Shown here in pieces: positions 12,930 through 26,149 of a stretch of DNA of 64,000 nucleotides. Location: NCBI RefSeq assembly GCF_009914755.1, contig NC_060928.1, one strand, 5' to 3'. Every line of letters starts with the position of its first letter. Position 1 is the first letter of the stretch. Both the position numbers and the translations under genes were made by a program. The notes under the pieces are model-generated. The model saw nothing but the letters and a program-made list of their open reading frames with translations. It was not told the DNA's origin and made no database searches. Origin of the DNA: the human T2T-CHM13v2.0 reference genome, Homo sapiens.

Positions 12930-14290
12930 TGCATTGAAAAATATTGAATATAAATAGCACTGAATATAAATAGCCCTATAAATAGCATTTGTGAAAAACA
13001 CAGAAAAGACCCTGGTCTCAAAAAGTTTACTTTGCATTTGCAAAAGGGTTAGTAGGAAATAAATAAAGGAACAAAATCATTTCAGGGAATTATAAGTGCT
13101 ATGAAAAATAAAGTACACTGAGGAAGTAGAACGATGTAGGCATGGTGAGGCTAATTCAGATGGAGTGATCAGAAAGTCCCATTGATACTTAACACTTCAG
13201 CTCCATGACAAGGACACAAGTATGAAAAGGTCTGGGGTCCGAATTTGGGTAAAGACTATGACACGTGTCAAGGTGGTGGCACAGGAATAAGCTTGACGTG
13301 TTCAGAGAAGCCACAGCAGCTCAGGGGCAGCAAGCAAAGGGGAAAATGGAAGGGGATGAACTCCAAGATAGGGGAAAGAATTACACTTTTATGGCATGAG
13401 AGGCTATGGGGCTATCCATTTCTGTGACATATCTCCAAACTTAGTGGCTTAAAACAAACATCTTATTTTGCTCACAATTTGGAGTTCAGCGATATGGGAA
13501 AGTTCTTCTGGACATTTATCTCTGATGCGGGTAGTATTACTGGGGCAGCTAAAGCTGCAAAACTAGGTGATTTCATTCAATGTCTGTTCCCTTGGTGCTC
13601 TTTGTTCACATGGCATCTCCTATTCTAGGGCCTCTCCACATGGCGTGCTCTTCTCACAAGTTGGCATCATGGCGGTCTCGTGGCTGTCTCTAACTACTGT
13701 TAGACTTATGTGATGACTGGTTTCCCCCAGAGCAGGCCTTGATCCAAGCTCCACGCCTTCTTATGACCTCTCCTGGAAGTCTCAGAACATCACTCCTGCC
13801 ACTTTGCCCTTTTTGGTTAATCATACAAGGCATTAAGGCCAGCCCACATTCAAAGGGAAGAAAGTCAGACACTTCTCTTTTCTATGGGAATGTCACAGAA
13901 TCTGTGGCCATCTTGAACCTGCTTCAGAGGCCATGGTAGGTAATCTGCATTTTATTCTGAGTGTTATGGGAAATGGCTGGAGACTTTTCAACAGAGAAAT
14001 TACATGATTTTATTTTTGTTTTTAAGAGCCCATTTTGGCTGCTAGATAGAGAATAAATTGAATGAGGACAAGAGAAGAAGCAAGGTAACCAGTTAGAGGT
14101 GATTATAGTTTTCTGGATGGCCTACGATGGAATGGTAGCAGTGGAGAAGGAGAAAGTAAATATGGGGTACATCTTAACGGACTTGTAGTTGGATAGGTTT
14201 GGGGGAGAAGAAAAAAAACAGGATGACTCCAAAGGTTTTAATGAGGACCTGGAAGGATTGTGGTAGTATTTACTGAGACAGGAAAAAAGG
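12930..14290 (-). mobile_element. L2 LINE fragment split by an MLT1 LTR
   Basis: Purine-rich antisense L2 sequence (ataagtgctatgaaaaataaagtac...; ttttattctgagtgttatgggaaatggctggag...) on both sides of the LTR. Confidence 0.7.
13405..13926 (-). mobile_element. MLT1 (F/G/H-like) solo LTR
   Basis: ccaaacttagtggcttaaaacaaaca...cacagaatctgtggccatcttgaacc. 5-bp TSD gaggc at 13400-13404 and 13927-13931. Confidence 0.8.
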
Positions 14291-14973
14291 GGTAAAGTTA
14301 TTTACATGTCTCATATAATTGTCCCAACAGCTCTCTAACATGGAGGTTCAGTTAGTTATGTGGTAGGCCTTATTATCCTCAATCTTTCCTCAGGTGAGAA
14401 CAGTGGGGTTCTTAAAGAACAGAAGGAAAAGAAGGAAGGGAGAGGGAAGGAGAGTGGTGAGATGGGGAGAGGGAATAAAGAAAGTCTTTCCTAAAACACT
14501 TAACTAGATAATGGGAGTACTGGTCTATAATAAGTTCTGTTATCTAGCCAACACATCTTCCCATTATACAACATAGTTAGCTGTCAATCATTAGTATAAC
14601 AAGCTGAGTTTTAAATTGTTTGTCTATTCTTACTATAAACCTACTCAAAGAATGTTTCCCTCTGGGTAAAATAGGAACAATGAAGATGAACACAAGGAAA
14701 AGATACGTTCTTAGTCATTACAGAACTTAAACAGTAGAATGACTAAACCTTTCAAGGTTCCCAACATTTAGATCTAATTGATTTGGATTTTATGTCTGAT
14801 AAACATCACCTTCTAAAGATGAAATTTTAAATTGAGAAAAGTGAATAGAGGGGGTTGGAAGTTCTAGTTCTTATTTTTTCTGCCTTTGGCTTAATTAAGT
14901 TTATCAAATTTTCTTAAACTCTGTGCTTTAATTTTTCTCATCATCAAAACATTACTTTTATCAACCATATTTT

Positions 14974-16312
14974 CAATTCCTTCACTTGTTTATGAGTCAG
15001 CCCTCATAAGGACAGTTGTACTTGTCTCCCACCCATTCTCATGCCTGTGATCACTCCTTTCACACCCATTAACTCATCTTACACATGTAATAAGAAAAGT
15101 GCTGGGGAGAAAGTTTTTGTAAACTTCAAAAAAACAACTTATCATTGTTATTACAAATTCTTCAAAAACATTAATTTTAAATTTTAATTTTATTCCAATG
15201 TTAGCCTATTACTAAATCTTTTTAAATCCAAAATAACCCAGTATGACTCTTTGATTGTAGGTAGAGTCCTTTTACTGCCACTGCTGTGAACCACATCATT
15301 CAGTATGCAGCACTTCGAATTTTGCCAAAGTAATCATGATGTATGAAAACTCGCAACGTGGTAAAAACAACAAATATTCTATGAAAATCTTAGTCACCAA
15401 GACTGTCTGGGACCTTTATTACAATAACATAAATATTAGTCAAATTTTCATAACCATTGATAATTATTTTTATCTCTCATATTCTTGCTTGATATTGAAT
15501 TGTTTGCCACTGTGGGTACTTTCCATCTGGTGAGGGCCTGAGACATTGTGCTAATCACACACACACACACACACACACACCACACACACCCCTACCTCTA
15601 AACACCTCTCTTCCACTCTTAGCAATGCTCCTGTACCCATGTGTTAATATTGATTGGGCCTGTTTCCATTCTGGGGCAGTATGGAAGTCAAGGATCGTTA
15701 CTGAATAATCATTTGGTGATGTATTTCAAATTGTATTTTCCTCAGCAGAAATAAGTCAAAACTGATGGTTACCTTTTTACCAGTAGCCTTCTATTGGATC
15801 TCAAATTTGTGCTATATATAGATAAGGATGAAGGTAGCTCTAAACAGAGAAAACCAAACCATTTCTCTCCTACTTGTTTTGGGAACTAATTTAACTAATT
15901 TGGAAATGCTTAGATAAAGGCAGGTCTGCTGAATGTCTGAATACACTTTCTAATTACTACAAGGTTTAATTACAGTTTCTGAGAAATTATAGCAAAAGAC
16001 CTTTGGATTTCAGTGTAACCAAAATTTCATCAGATATTCCACCATTGTCATTATTCTCAAAATTCAAATGAAATAACCAATGTTCTAAAATGTAAAATTC
16101 CAAACATATTTTCTTTCCCCTCAAAACTCATCTTTCTCTTTCAGACATCACGAATTCTGTTAAAGACATGACCATCTCATTTCCTGCCAGGTCTGGACCC
16201 TCAATTCCTTCACTTGAATGTGAGTCAGCCTCATGAGGACAGTTGCATTTGCCTCCCGCCTATTCTCATGCCTATGATCACTCCTTTCACAACTATTAAC
16301 TCATCTCACACA
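14974..16312. repeat. Diverged direct repeat pair of about 110 bp: 14974-15085 and 16201-16312
   Basis: tcaattccttcacttg..tgagtcagcc(c)tcat.aggacagttg...tctcatgcct.tgatcactcctttcaca...attaactcatct.acaca occurs at both sites. Confidence 0.9.
15557..15589. repeat. (CA)n microsatellite
   Basis: Directly visible, with one interruption. Confidence 0.95.
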
Positions 16313-16699
16313 GCCTCTCTGCATAGTACAATTCTGAAATAAAATTTGATTGTGTTACATTATCTAAATATTATTTCAGTTTTTACTTATTAATTATCAA
16401 ACAGTTAAAAGGACCTAATCTGGCTTTCCAGACCAGGGCCACCTCTGGGGTATATGCAGTCCTGGGTGGCAAATCTTTTTGTGCAGAGTCTCTGTCTATA
16501 CAACTATTTTGATCAAAATTGTATTCAGAATCCATAGTCCCATGTGAGGTAATGTATTGATGGAGATTTAAAACAATGGGCAGAGGAGAGGGACTTACAT
16601 ATTTGTTTATCACTCATTTGGGGCAGGTGAAGATTCTTCATAGGGTCCTGGCACCATCTCTTCCTGTTCAGGTCCGAAAAACATCTTGTCATGTTCTTT

Positions 16700-18352
16700 T
16701 TATGGTGATAACTCCTCATTTTGTGCTAGCAGAGTTAATTCTCCATTTCCAGAAATTGCTGCCAGTTTCTGACCTAATTAGAGTTCAAAAACACTCGTGT
16801 TTTTCTTATTTTTTCCACTGAGAGAAGAAAGTAGCAGTGCTGTTATGACTCACAATACCAAGGCTCTTTGGAGTCTGTATTGATACAATTTAATTCTTCT
16901 TGCCTCTGCAGTTTCCTAAATTTATTATTTACACAATGATGGTTACAACATCACTTACAATGCTTCCTCAACCATCAGGCCACCTGTGAACACTGGTTCC
17001 CAATGAGTCTTCCCAAGATTGTTAATGTGCCTCATGATGATGACCACAATGCAAGTCTTACCCAGAATTTGCAGGAAAATGTTAATAACAATTTATTTTC
17101 TGGCCATGTTAAATTTACGGTTCAGGCTTTTATTGCATAAATGTGCATAATACATCTTTTATCCGTAGCTCCTCTTAAATTCTTGATATCAGTCCATTCC
17201 TGGCATGTGCTGTTTTTCAATGTTGACCCTATCCCTGTCTCCCATACACCACTACTATGGGGAAAACAGGAGAGGGGCCTACAGGAAAAAATGAAGAAAA
17301 AAAAAAACCTATGCTATTTATGTAAGAAATATCCGTCCCTCATTCAGCATGGCGTATGACCAGCTGAAAGAACATTATGTTACTGCATCAATTGGAGGCA
17401 AGAGAGGCCATGATTCAGAAGGGATCAACAGCATTTACTAAGGAACACATTCTGATGAATGCAACTTTAGATCTCAGTCCTGCATTTAGGATGAATTCAT
17501 CCCTGAATAAAACACCTTGGTGAATGCATGTGCAGTATTTAAACAAACATAAAAGAGGGGGATGGAATTCAATCCTTCATTCTTAATTGTGTAAGTTCCT
17601 CAAAAACCATCTAGTGTTGTCTTTTCAAAGACACATCTACTAATACATCATAGTAATGAATTATAGTAAAACTATTTTTTTTCATCTAACTGGATTGCTT
17701 ATAATCTGACTCCTGTACCCTTGTTTTTCCCATGACTACACTGATCTTCACTTGAATGAAAACCAAACAGTGATCTGGTTTCACCTTCTGGATTAACTGA
17801 CTCATTAATGATTATGACAGCAGCTGCTGATGTTCTGGGTCAGGCTGACCTGGTTTAACTATGTGTAAATCTATTATGATAATGTTGTTATCTTTCAGGA
17901 TAGCATGGAGCATGGTTACAAAAGGTGTCTGGAAAAATGTCAGATGGAGTCTGAGTTTTCAAGGAAGCTGGTTGTTTTCCCTCAGTTTCTAACACCCATT
18001 CTGAACTATGAGAGCAGGAATACTGTATATTTAAATGCATCTGTTGTACAACTGCTGAGTTCAGAGTACTCTAGCAAGGGGTGGGTAATCACACAGATGG
18101 TGTGCTTCACGACCAAAACCACTTGCTGTAGATGCCACATTCAGAGAGAACATGTAAATACTTGGCACAGTTGTGAGAGTTTTCAGAGGTGTTATATTCA
18201 TTTAGAGAGTTACAGCTTTGATGGTGACAGCTTCTCATTTTGGGCTAGCAGGATTAATTCTTCCTTTCTTATTTTTACTCTTGACATTCCAGAAATTGCC
18301 ACAATTTCCTGATCTAACTTGAGTTCAAAGAGTTGTGTTTTTCTTATTTCCC
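16700..18352. repeat. Diverged direct repeat pair of about 115-135 bp: 16700-16815 and 18219-18352
   Basis: atggtga.a.ct.ctcattttg.gctagca..ttaattct...ttccagaaattgc...gagttcaaa...gtgtttttcttattt occurs at both sites. The second copy has an extra ~20 bp. Confidence 0.85.
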
Positions 18353-19353
18353 CCTTATTTAAAGAGGATTACTGTATCAACAAGAATGGTGACGCAGAAG
18401 GACTGGGTGACCAGGAGTATACTGGCCACATGCCACAGTGAAGTTTTCAGGCCTATATTGTGTGCCTTCCCACATTCCAATAAATACCACAAACAGCCAA
18501 TGGTATTGTTTTTTATTGCCTTTCACCCCAAACTTACTATAAAAAGCATTAAGTTTTTAAATGTCTGTTTCCTCTGAGCATTCACTTGCTTACCCACCTA
18601 TTTATTGAATAGACTAACAATTGAAAGCTTGCTCAGTATAAAATGTAACTGGTCTCCAGATCTTTCTCCAGGATCTGAACCTCCAAGAAAAAGCTGTGTC
18701 AAAGTAAAAAAGCTGGGGAAGGGGCACGATTGAGAAAGTCTAGAAGAGACAAGGGATGATGTATACCTGAAGGAGGGGAGAAAATAAAGGACACCACAAA
18801 GTGGCACTGGAGTCCGAGAGAAGTGACTGACAATCGAGATATGGTGTGGCAAAATATAGGTCAGGTTCAGGATATTATTCTCAGAAAGCTCATTTCCAAG
18901 CATGCAATTTATGTGGCTTATCATCTTTCCTACAGATATGGCTGCCTAAAGGAGCAACACAGGGATGGACACCAGGCAAAGATAAAATGATGCAGTAGTC
19001 CTCCTAAATAAACCCACAGTCTAGGCAAGAATATATACTAATAAACACACATATCATCAAATACTATCAAATAAGAAAATAGAGTTAGAAACAATAGTGT
19101 AATAGAAATGTAGAGGAGTGGGTTAATAATTCATTGAGTTGATAACTTCAGGTTTTATGAAGGAAATCACATTTATATTGGGTCTTACAGAACGAGATGT
19201 ATGTCAGTCCAAGGAAAGCGGAGGAAGAGAAAAGAGCACAGTTTCCGATGTTCATTCCTCCTAATTCTAAAGCACATATAGTGGCTGGCACTAACAACAT
19301 TTATTAAATGAATGAAGATGATGGTTTGATGAAACTTAGTAACATAAGGCTCA

Positions 19354-19745
<392 letters not shown>

Positions 19746-20114
19746 AGGATTAGTCCATTTTCATGCTGCTGATAAAGACATGCCAAGATTGGGCAATTTA
19801 CAAAAGAAAGAGGTTTAATTGGACTTACAGTTCCATGTGGCTGGGGAAGCCTCACAATCATGGCAGAAGGCAAGGAGGAGCAAAGGCATGTCTTAAATGG
19901 ATGGCAGCAGGCAAAAAGAGAGAGAACTTGTGCAGGGGAACTCTTTAAAACAATAAGATCTCATGAGACTCATTCACTATCACAAGAACAGTGCAGGAAA
20001 GACCCACCCCCATAATGCAATCACCTCCCACTGGGTTCCTCCCATGATGTGTGGGGATTATAGGAGTTACAATTCAAGATGAGATTTGGGTGGGGACACA
20101 GCCAAACCATATCA
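19746..20114 (-). mobile_element. THE1 (MaLR) solo LTR
   Basis: attagtccattttcatgctgctgataaagac...gagatttgggtggggacacagccaaaccatatca. Flanked by gaagg at 19741-19745 and 20115-20119. Confidence 0.92.
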
Positions 20115-20739
20115 GAAGGGAAGGAGGGAGGAAGAGAGGGAAAAGAAAGGAAAGCAGGCAAGCAGGCACAGTACACAACTAATGAACAAAAAACAATATG
20201 GGAAAGAAAACTAAAAGGAAATGAGCTTAGCCAAAGGAAAAACTAGGTTAGGAAAATAGTATAAGTCAGAAAAGAAACTTGCATTAAAAATAAAATTAGT
20301 TTGATTTTTTAGTATGATTTTAAATTTTTTCATTTATATGTTTTCTATAGAAAAGTTAGAAAAATAAAGCAAAACAATAAACACACTCCTAATTCCAACA
20401 GCTAGTGTCAATTACCCAGACACAACCACTACTAACCTGTTGTTCTTACTTTAAGACATTTATGATATTTAAATGAAAAATAGGCTAATATTTATCTGTA
20501 ATGTACTTTTTTCTCCTTAGTAGTATACTGTGAAGAAAGATTACTAAGAAAGTGAAAGAAATTAGAAACAATCTCATTTGATTTGGTACAATTTTCTGAA
20601 ATATCTAAGATGATGGAACATTTCTAGAAGTAATTTCTAGTTGACATTTCCCGAAATATTTTTAAAGACACATTTGTTATTCAACTAACAGTGACTTAAA
20701 TCAATAATAATAATAATAAAAGTAGTAAACTCTTAAAAT

Positions 20740-21211
20740 TAGAAGGCTGGAGGGTGGCAGCAGCACCCATGTAGTAGCTCCCTGGTGTCATCAGAGGTCC
20801 AGGCTCTTTTTCTTTGTCCACATTCTCCATCTATAACACGTTGGCTTCCTCCCTCAAGGCCCCAATATGTCTGTCCCAGTTCATCTTCATGTTTAAACTT
20901 GTGGCAACAAAATATAAGGGAGGTGTGACATTAACTTGTCTGTTCCTTTGATCAGACAAGCAAAAGTCTTCCCAAGAGTCCCTCCTGACTCCACCCAGCA
21001 GGCAAACCTACTTCTAATTGGTCAGAACTAGGTCACATGACCACTTTCAACCGCAAAAGAGGCAGGGAAATTGAGAACACAATTATCGAGATGTACTGTT
21101 ATCAACTATGAGCCATTGCTTAGGGCTGAACCTGTAGTGGCACCAAACAAAAATGGGGTTAACAAGGAAGGAGAGGAAAATGGACATTACGTAACCAACT
21201 TGCCTGCCACA
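20740..21211 (-). mobile_element. Ancient MaLR/ERVL LTR (MLT1/LTR33-like)
   Basis: attggtcagaactaggtcacatgaccac...aaggaaggagaggaaaatggacatt...tgcctgccaca. Confidence 0.65.
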
Positions 21212-21489
21212 CATAGTAATAAGAACTATGGCAGTTGGTGACACCCACCTAACAACCTCACAGGTGTATGTCAAATACTTCCCATTCTTGAGGGAAGGCT
21301 CCTGCTCCACCTCCTCTAGAAATAATTTGCCTAATTACCAAAATGCACACAGGTGTTCTTGCTCCCTGACACCTTATTTCACTGACCTCACAGATGTGGA
21401 CAGGCAATAATGCACAAGCTCCACTCTCAGTCGTACCGTCAGTATTTATGGTCCCGTATTTTTCTTCGGGCTTCTTCTATCCTCCACAG

Positions 21490-21680
21490 CAGGCAGCCTG
21501 TGGGCCAAATATGCTCTGGTGCTAATTTTTTTGTAAAGTTTTATCAGAATAGACATACTAATTCATTTAGATAATATTTGCAGCTGCTTCACACTTGTTG
21601 GGGCAGAAACCACGTGACCTCCAAAGCCAAAAATATTTTGTGTCTGGCCCTTTAGAGAGAAAAGTTTGTCAACTATCTAC
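21490..21680. mobile_element. MER58A-like hAT MITE
   Basis: gcctgtgggccaaat...gtaaagttttatcagaa...tctggccctttagagagaaaagtttgtcaac. Confidence 0.7.
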
Positions 21681-21919
21681 GTGTACTTCAATTCTCTGAT
21701 GGTAAGGTCCCATCCTGCATTTCTCTTGTATCTACATGAGCATATCCCTGGGGAGATAGGAAGTACTCAACAAATAGCTTCTCACCAATGGAAATGGAAG
21801 GATTGATAGACTAAGAAACTCTGGCATAGTAAGTTATATATAGCTGGTGCTTCATGAAAGTTTGTTGAATGAATTCAGGAATTAACTAAGTAATTGGCTA
21901 AGTAAGGCAAAATGCTCCA

Positions 21920-22120
21920 GTACTTAGAGTGTGGGTTGTGGATCCAAACTTCCAATATTCAAAAGCTGTGTGTCCTAGGCAATAAACCTAACCTCTCTGT
22001 GCCTCAGATTTCTCCTGAATGAAACAAACAATAAGGAAAAAAAAAAGATTTAACAGTCTCTGGAGTATTTAGAACAATGCCTGACACAGAATAAGCACTC
22101 AAAAAATACTAGCTATGAAG
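21920..22120 (+). mobile_element. MIR SINE
   Basis: agctgtgtgtcctaggc...aacctctctgtgcctcagatttctc...tagaacaatgcctgacacagaataagcactcaaaaaatactagctat. Confidence 0.85.
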
Positions 22121-22199
22121 AATATTATGGAGAAGAGTTTATTTTTATATAGGGTATTATTTTTATTTTTCCTTTCTTTGTGGCATAGTTTGAACCCAT

Positions 22200-23760
22200 T
22201 CTGTAAAACGGTATGGACAGGATCAAGAGCAATTTCTAACTTTTCCTGGTGACACTGAATCAAGTTTGAACCAAAAGAAGGTTTGAGGTAGATGTTGCAG
22301 GGACATCCAAGGACATAATTGCTAGTAACAGGGTCAGAGAATAAACTAGCACACACTAAGGAGGGGAACCGAAAAGTCACAAGCATGTCAACACAACACG
22401 ACTGAACTCTGCTTCTGCTGATGAGAAGTGTCAGTGCCACAGACGTGAGGTGAATGGCAGGGGAGCTCTTTCACTGAACTGTCAACTAATGAAGTGGTGA
22501 GAAATTAGGAGGCCCTGTAATTTACACGCTAATTCTCCCTAATGCCACCTGGGGGCTTCCTCCAGGCAGAGGAGCAGAGGAGTGGAAAATGGTGTCGTCC
22601 AGCCAGCAGCAAGCCTGTGCTGCTATTCTGTCTTTGCCAAGCAACACAGCAGACCAGCTTGTTTCCATTCACCATTCAGGGAACAGTTGGCAGACTTCCC
22701 CCAGAATGTGGGCAAGCCTCAGCTATAAGAGCAAAATGAAGACAAAGAAAAGAATTTTAATTCTTATACCTTTTTGCATTTTTTGTGTGCTCTCTTCAAG
22801 TTGACTCAGTGGGCAACCCTCTACCTTTCCTCAGCTCTGACATCTCCCTCTCACCACAAGCATAAGTCACATAAAATTGGTTGCTGTAATCAATGCTCTC
22901 CTTGAAACAAAACTCAGAAATAAAATGGGTGATACATTGCTATCACTGCACTTATCATCATTATTTAAAGGAGCTTTTTTTTTTTTAAACACATTTAACA
23001 AATGTGGTTCTGACCACCAGCCTCCTCCCTGGACTCTCATTACAAACACAGCAACAGCTCTTACCCCAAAATCACACACTAAGGGAAAACAGGAAGGGAC
23101 CCTCGTGTGCTGGCATCTTTCAGGCAAGAGGCCAAGTCCACACTGAGGAAACAGTGTATGAGTGTAAACAGAACTGCCTCCCATGTTATAAACATATATT
23201 TCCTTGGACATCCTCTGGACTGCCAATTGAATAATGCTGCATTTTAGTTATCCCTGGTAAGCTAGGGCTGATTTTAAGACCATTAGGAAAGGGGAGAATG
23301 TTACAGTCTTCTTGGTTCCTCTAGGGTCACAGTGTAATTGTGTGGTGGGAGAAAGGGGGCCCTAGGGATGGCATGACAGTCACTTCTCATTACCTCCCAC
23401 TTGGTTCATTACATCTGTAGACAGCGATTGTCCATGTGTGGATACTTCCATTACACAGAAGGATGTAATGTGCTGTAGACTTCACACGGCTTTCAGAAAG
23501 GGAAAAAGATGTTTATTCCAGGCACATACCTATCTTGTTTCCACGGGCCATGCCACAGCAATGGAAAGTGACATAAGGAATAGATTAATGGTAATCAATA
23601 CAGAAAAACCAGTCCCCACATGTGCTTACACCCAGTGGGATTTTATATGTGTATATCACTAACATACCACTTTACATAAAAGGCAAAACCCTCACTTACA
23701 AATCTACTAAATTTTACTTTTAACAAGCAGATTCACTCACTTAAGTACACCATGTACAGG
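22200..23760 (+). mobile_element. Decayed Ty3/Gypsy pol relic E (RT-RNaseH-integrase)
   Basis: DRIKSNF (22216-22236, cf. D+.KTAF), KWCRPASSKPVLLF (ORF 22542, cf. WP.P.+.K.+..F), LPFLSSDIS (22821-22847), SDHQPPPW and HTKGK (ORF 22877), AMESDIRNRL and KPVP...WDFICV (ORF 23438), ILLLTSRFT (23711-23737). Confidence 0.7.
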
Positions 23761-24064
23761 CTTCTTTGTGTCACCTCTCTGGACTGGCATTTACCTTATT
23801 CTCATTCACAATCTCACTCTCTCTTTCTCTCTTTCTGTATGTGTGTGTGTGAGCACGTGTGTGTATGTCTCATACACAGAAAGACCTTTCTTGTTTGCAA
23901 GGATGAGTCCTAGACACCATGAAATATAGAAATACTATTTCATATTTTTTCTTAGGTATAAAAAGCTGCAACTAGACTATAAACTAAGGGGAGTTGACAA
24001 GAGAGAAAACAAAATTATAGAGAATTATACAGTGTTAGAATCAGGAATAAATATTAGAGATTAT

Positions 24065-24552
24065 GTATAACAGAAGTGCCCAGACTTTTTCTTTAAAGGA
24101 AAAAAAAAAAAACACCTCTCCCCAAAAGCTAATGAGTTGCCTAAAAAGAGATGTTCATGATGGAATAAATCTGTGATGCTACATACTTTAGCCTACTCTT
24201 GGGAATGCACAATTATGTCAGCTTATTAAAGGTTCTGTGAACTCCTGTTACTTAAATACCCATTTAATTCAGTATTACCTTATTTTATTATTTTAACGAA
24301 CACTTTTTTTCTAACTGCAATCTTATCAACATCCTGTGGAATAATTATACTACAACAGGGGCAATCCTGTTCTATTATAGTCTCATCACCTTTGGCAGAT
24401 TTTTATATACTGATAATTCTCAAATTTTAGCATGGATTTGAGTCACCTGGAGATCTAATCACTCAGTAAACTGGAAAGGGCTGGGGAATTGGAATACAGT
24501 ACTTAAGTGTTCCTAAGGCAGGGGCCTCATAAGTCTACTTTGAGAAATACCA
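24065..24552. mobile_element. hAT-Charlie MITE fragments (including a MER5A-like copy at about 24410-24552)
   Basis: ttctcaaattttagcatggatttgagtcacctggagatct...actttgagaaatac. The upstream segment resembles a Charlie-derived MITE. Confidence 0.5.
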
Positions 24553-24771
24553 ATCCACACATGTGCTCACTGTCTGAATTCATCAAGAATTGAACCACAC
24601 GTTCTTACCAAGAAAACTTCACAGTTAACAGGTTGGAAGTCCATAGTTTTGAGTCTGGAGGTTGGCAAAGTTTATCCAGAATTACAAGGGCTTTTGAATA
24701 TGAAAATGAGTGTACACCTTTATAAATTTACCAAAACTAATGGCCCCTTTAACCTTTACGCCTGTCTTTAA
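24553..24771 (+). mobile_element. Gypsy-type integrase fragment (zinc finger C2 to first catalytic Asp region), stop-free over 72 codons
   Basis: IHTCAHCLNSSRIEPHVLTKKTSQLTGWKSIVLSLEVGKVYPELQGLLNMKMSVHLYKFTK, cf. C..C......PW+.+.+D+.G.+P...G...++++D.FTK. Confidence 0.6.
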
Positions 24772-24824
24772 GAGTGCATCTCTTTCACTATGAGACATGT
24801 ACACTCACTTGCTTCACTAATCCA

Positions 24825-25677
<853 letters not shown>

Positions 25678-26149
25678 GACAACATTTTTAAAGGATCTGA
25701 ATTTATTCAGAATTTCTTAAACGTTGATTGGCTTTCTAGTCTTATGCCAGCCACTGGGCTTGGAGCCAGGTAGACAAAGATGAACTCTACAGTGTCCTTG
25801 CCCTCAGAGCGCTCAGAGTCTCTAGGCCTCTGGTACAGATCATTGCAGGTCAAAATTTGAACATTTAAATATCCATTTCCCTTGCCACTTAGATAACCAG
25901 ACCTCAGATAACTGCCCAGTGTTTACTTCAGATACTCAGCATCTACACATCTCCCTGTCCTGGGACTAGAGCAAGAAGTCCTCGGGTCAGTAAGGATGTT
26001 CAGGTGCCCAGCTCTGCCCTAAACATACCATGTGGCCCTTGATGAGACATTAGTTCCTTATTTTTCTTGGCTTTTCCGTCTGTTTACACAATTTTCCGCC
26101 AAAGTATGTTTTTTAAGTCTGATGAGATAACCAGCACTGAGAGCTTGAG

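Larger units (their letters stand above)
14600..18352 (-). mobile_element. Decayed Ty3/Gypsy pol relic complex D (RT-RNaseH-integrase plus duplicated integrase N-terminal segments)
   Basis: Minus strand: IIDL (about 17875), RSLFGFHSS (about 17776-17750), HYYDVLV (17658-17638), QH*MVFEELTQL and NEGL (about 17620-17570), APLL (about 17277), ILGKTCIVV (about 17070-17044), PQMSDKQICKS..HC (about 16622-16580), MDSEYNF...RTAYTP (ORF 16383-16613), DELIVVKGVII (about 16305-16272), GNLERF..LRTYL (about 14762-14700). Confidence 0.6.

Noticed and set aside
17750-18200. Resemblance of minus-strand peptides to EZH2 (PLKTL) or PPP4R3/SMEK
   Set aside because: Short isolated matches without collinear continuation. 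Gypsy pol explains the region better.
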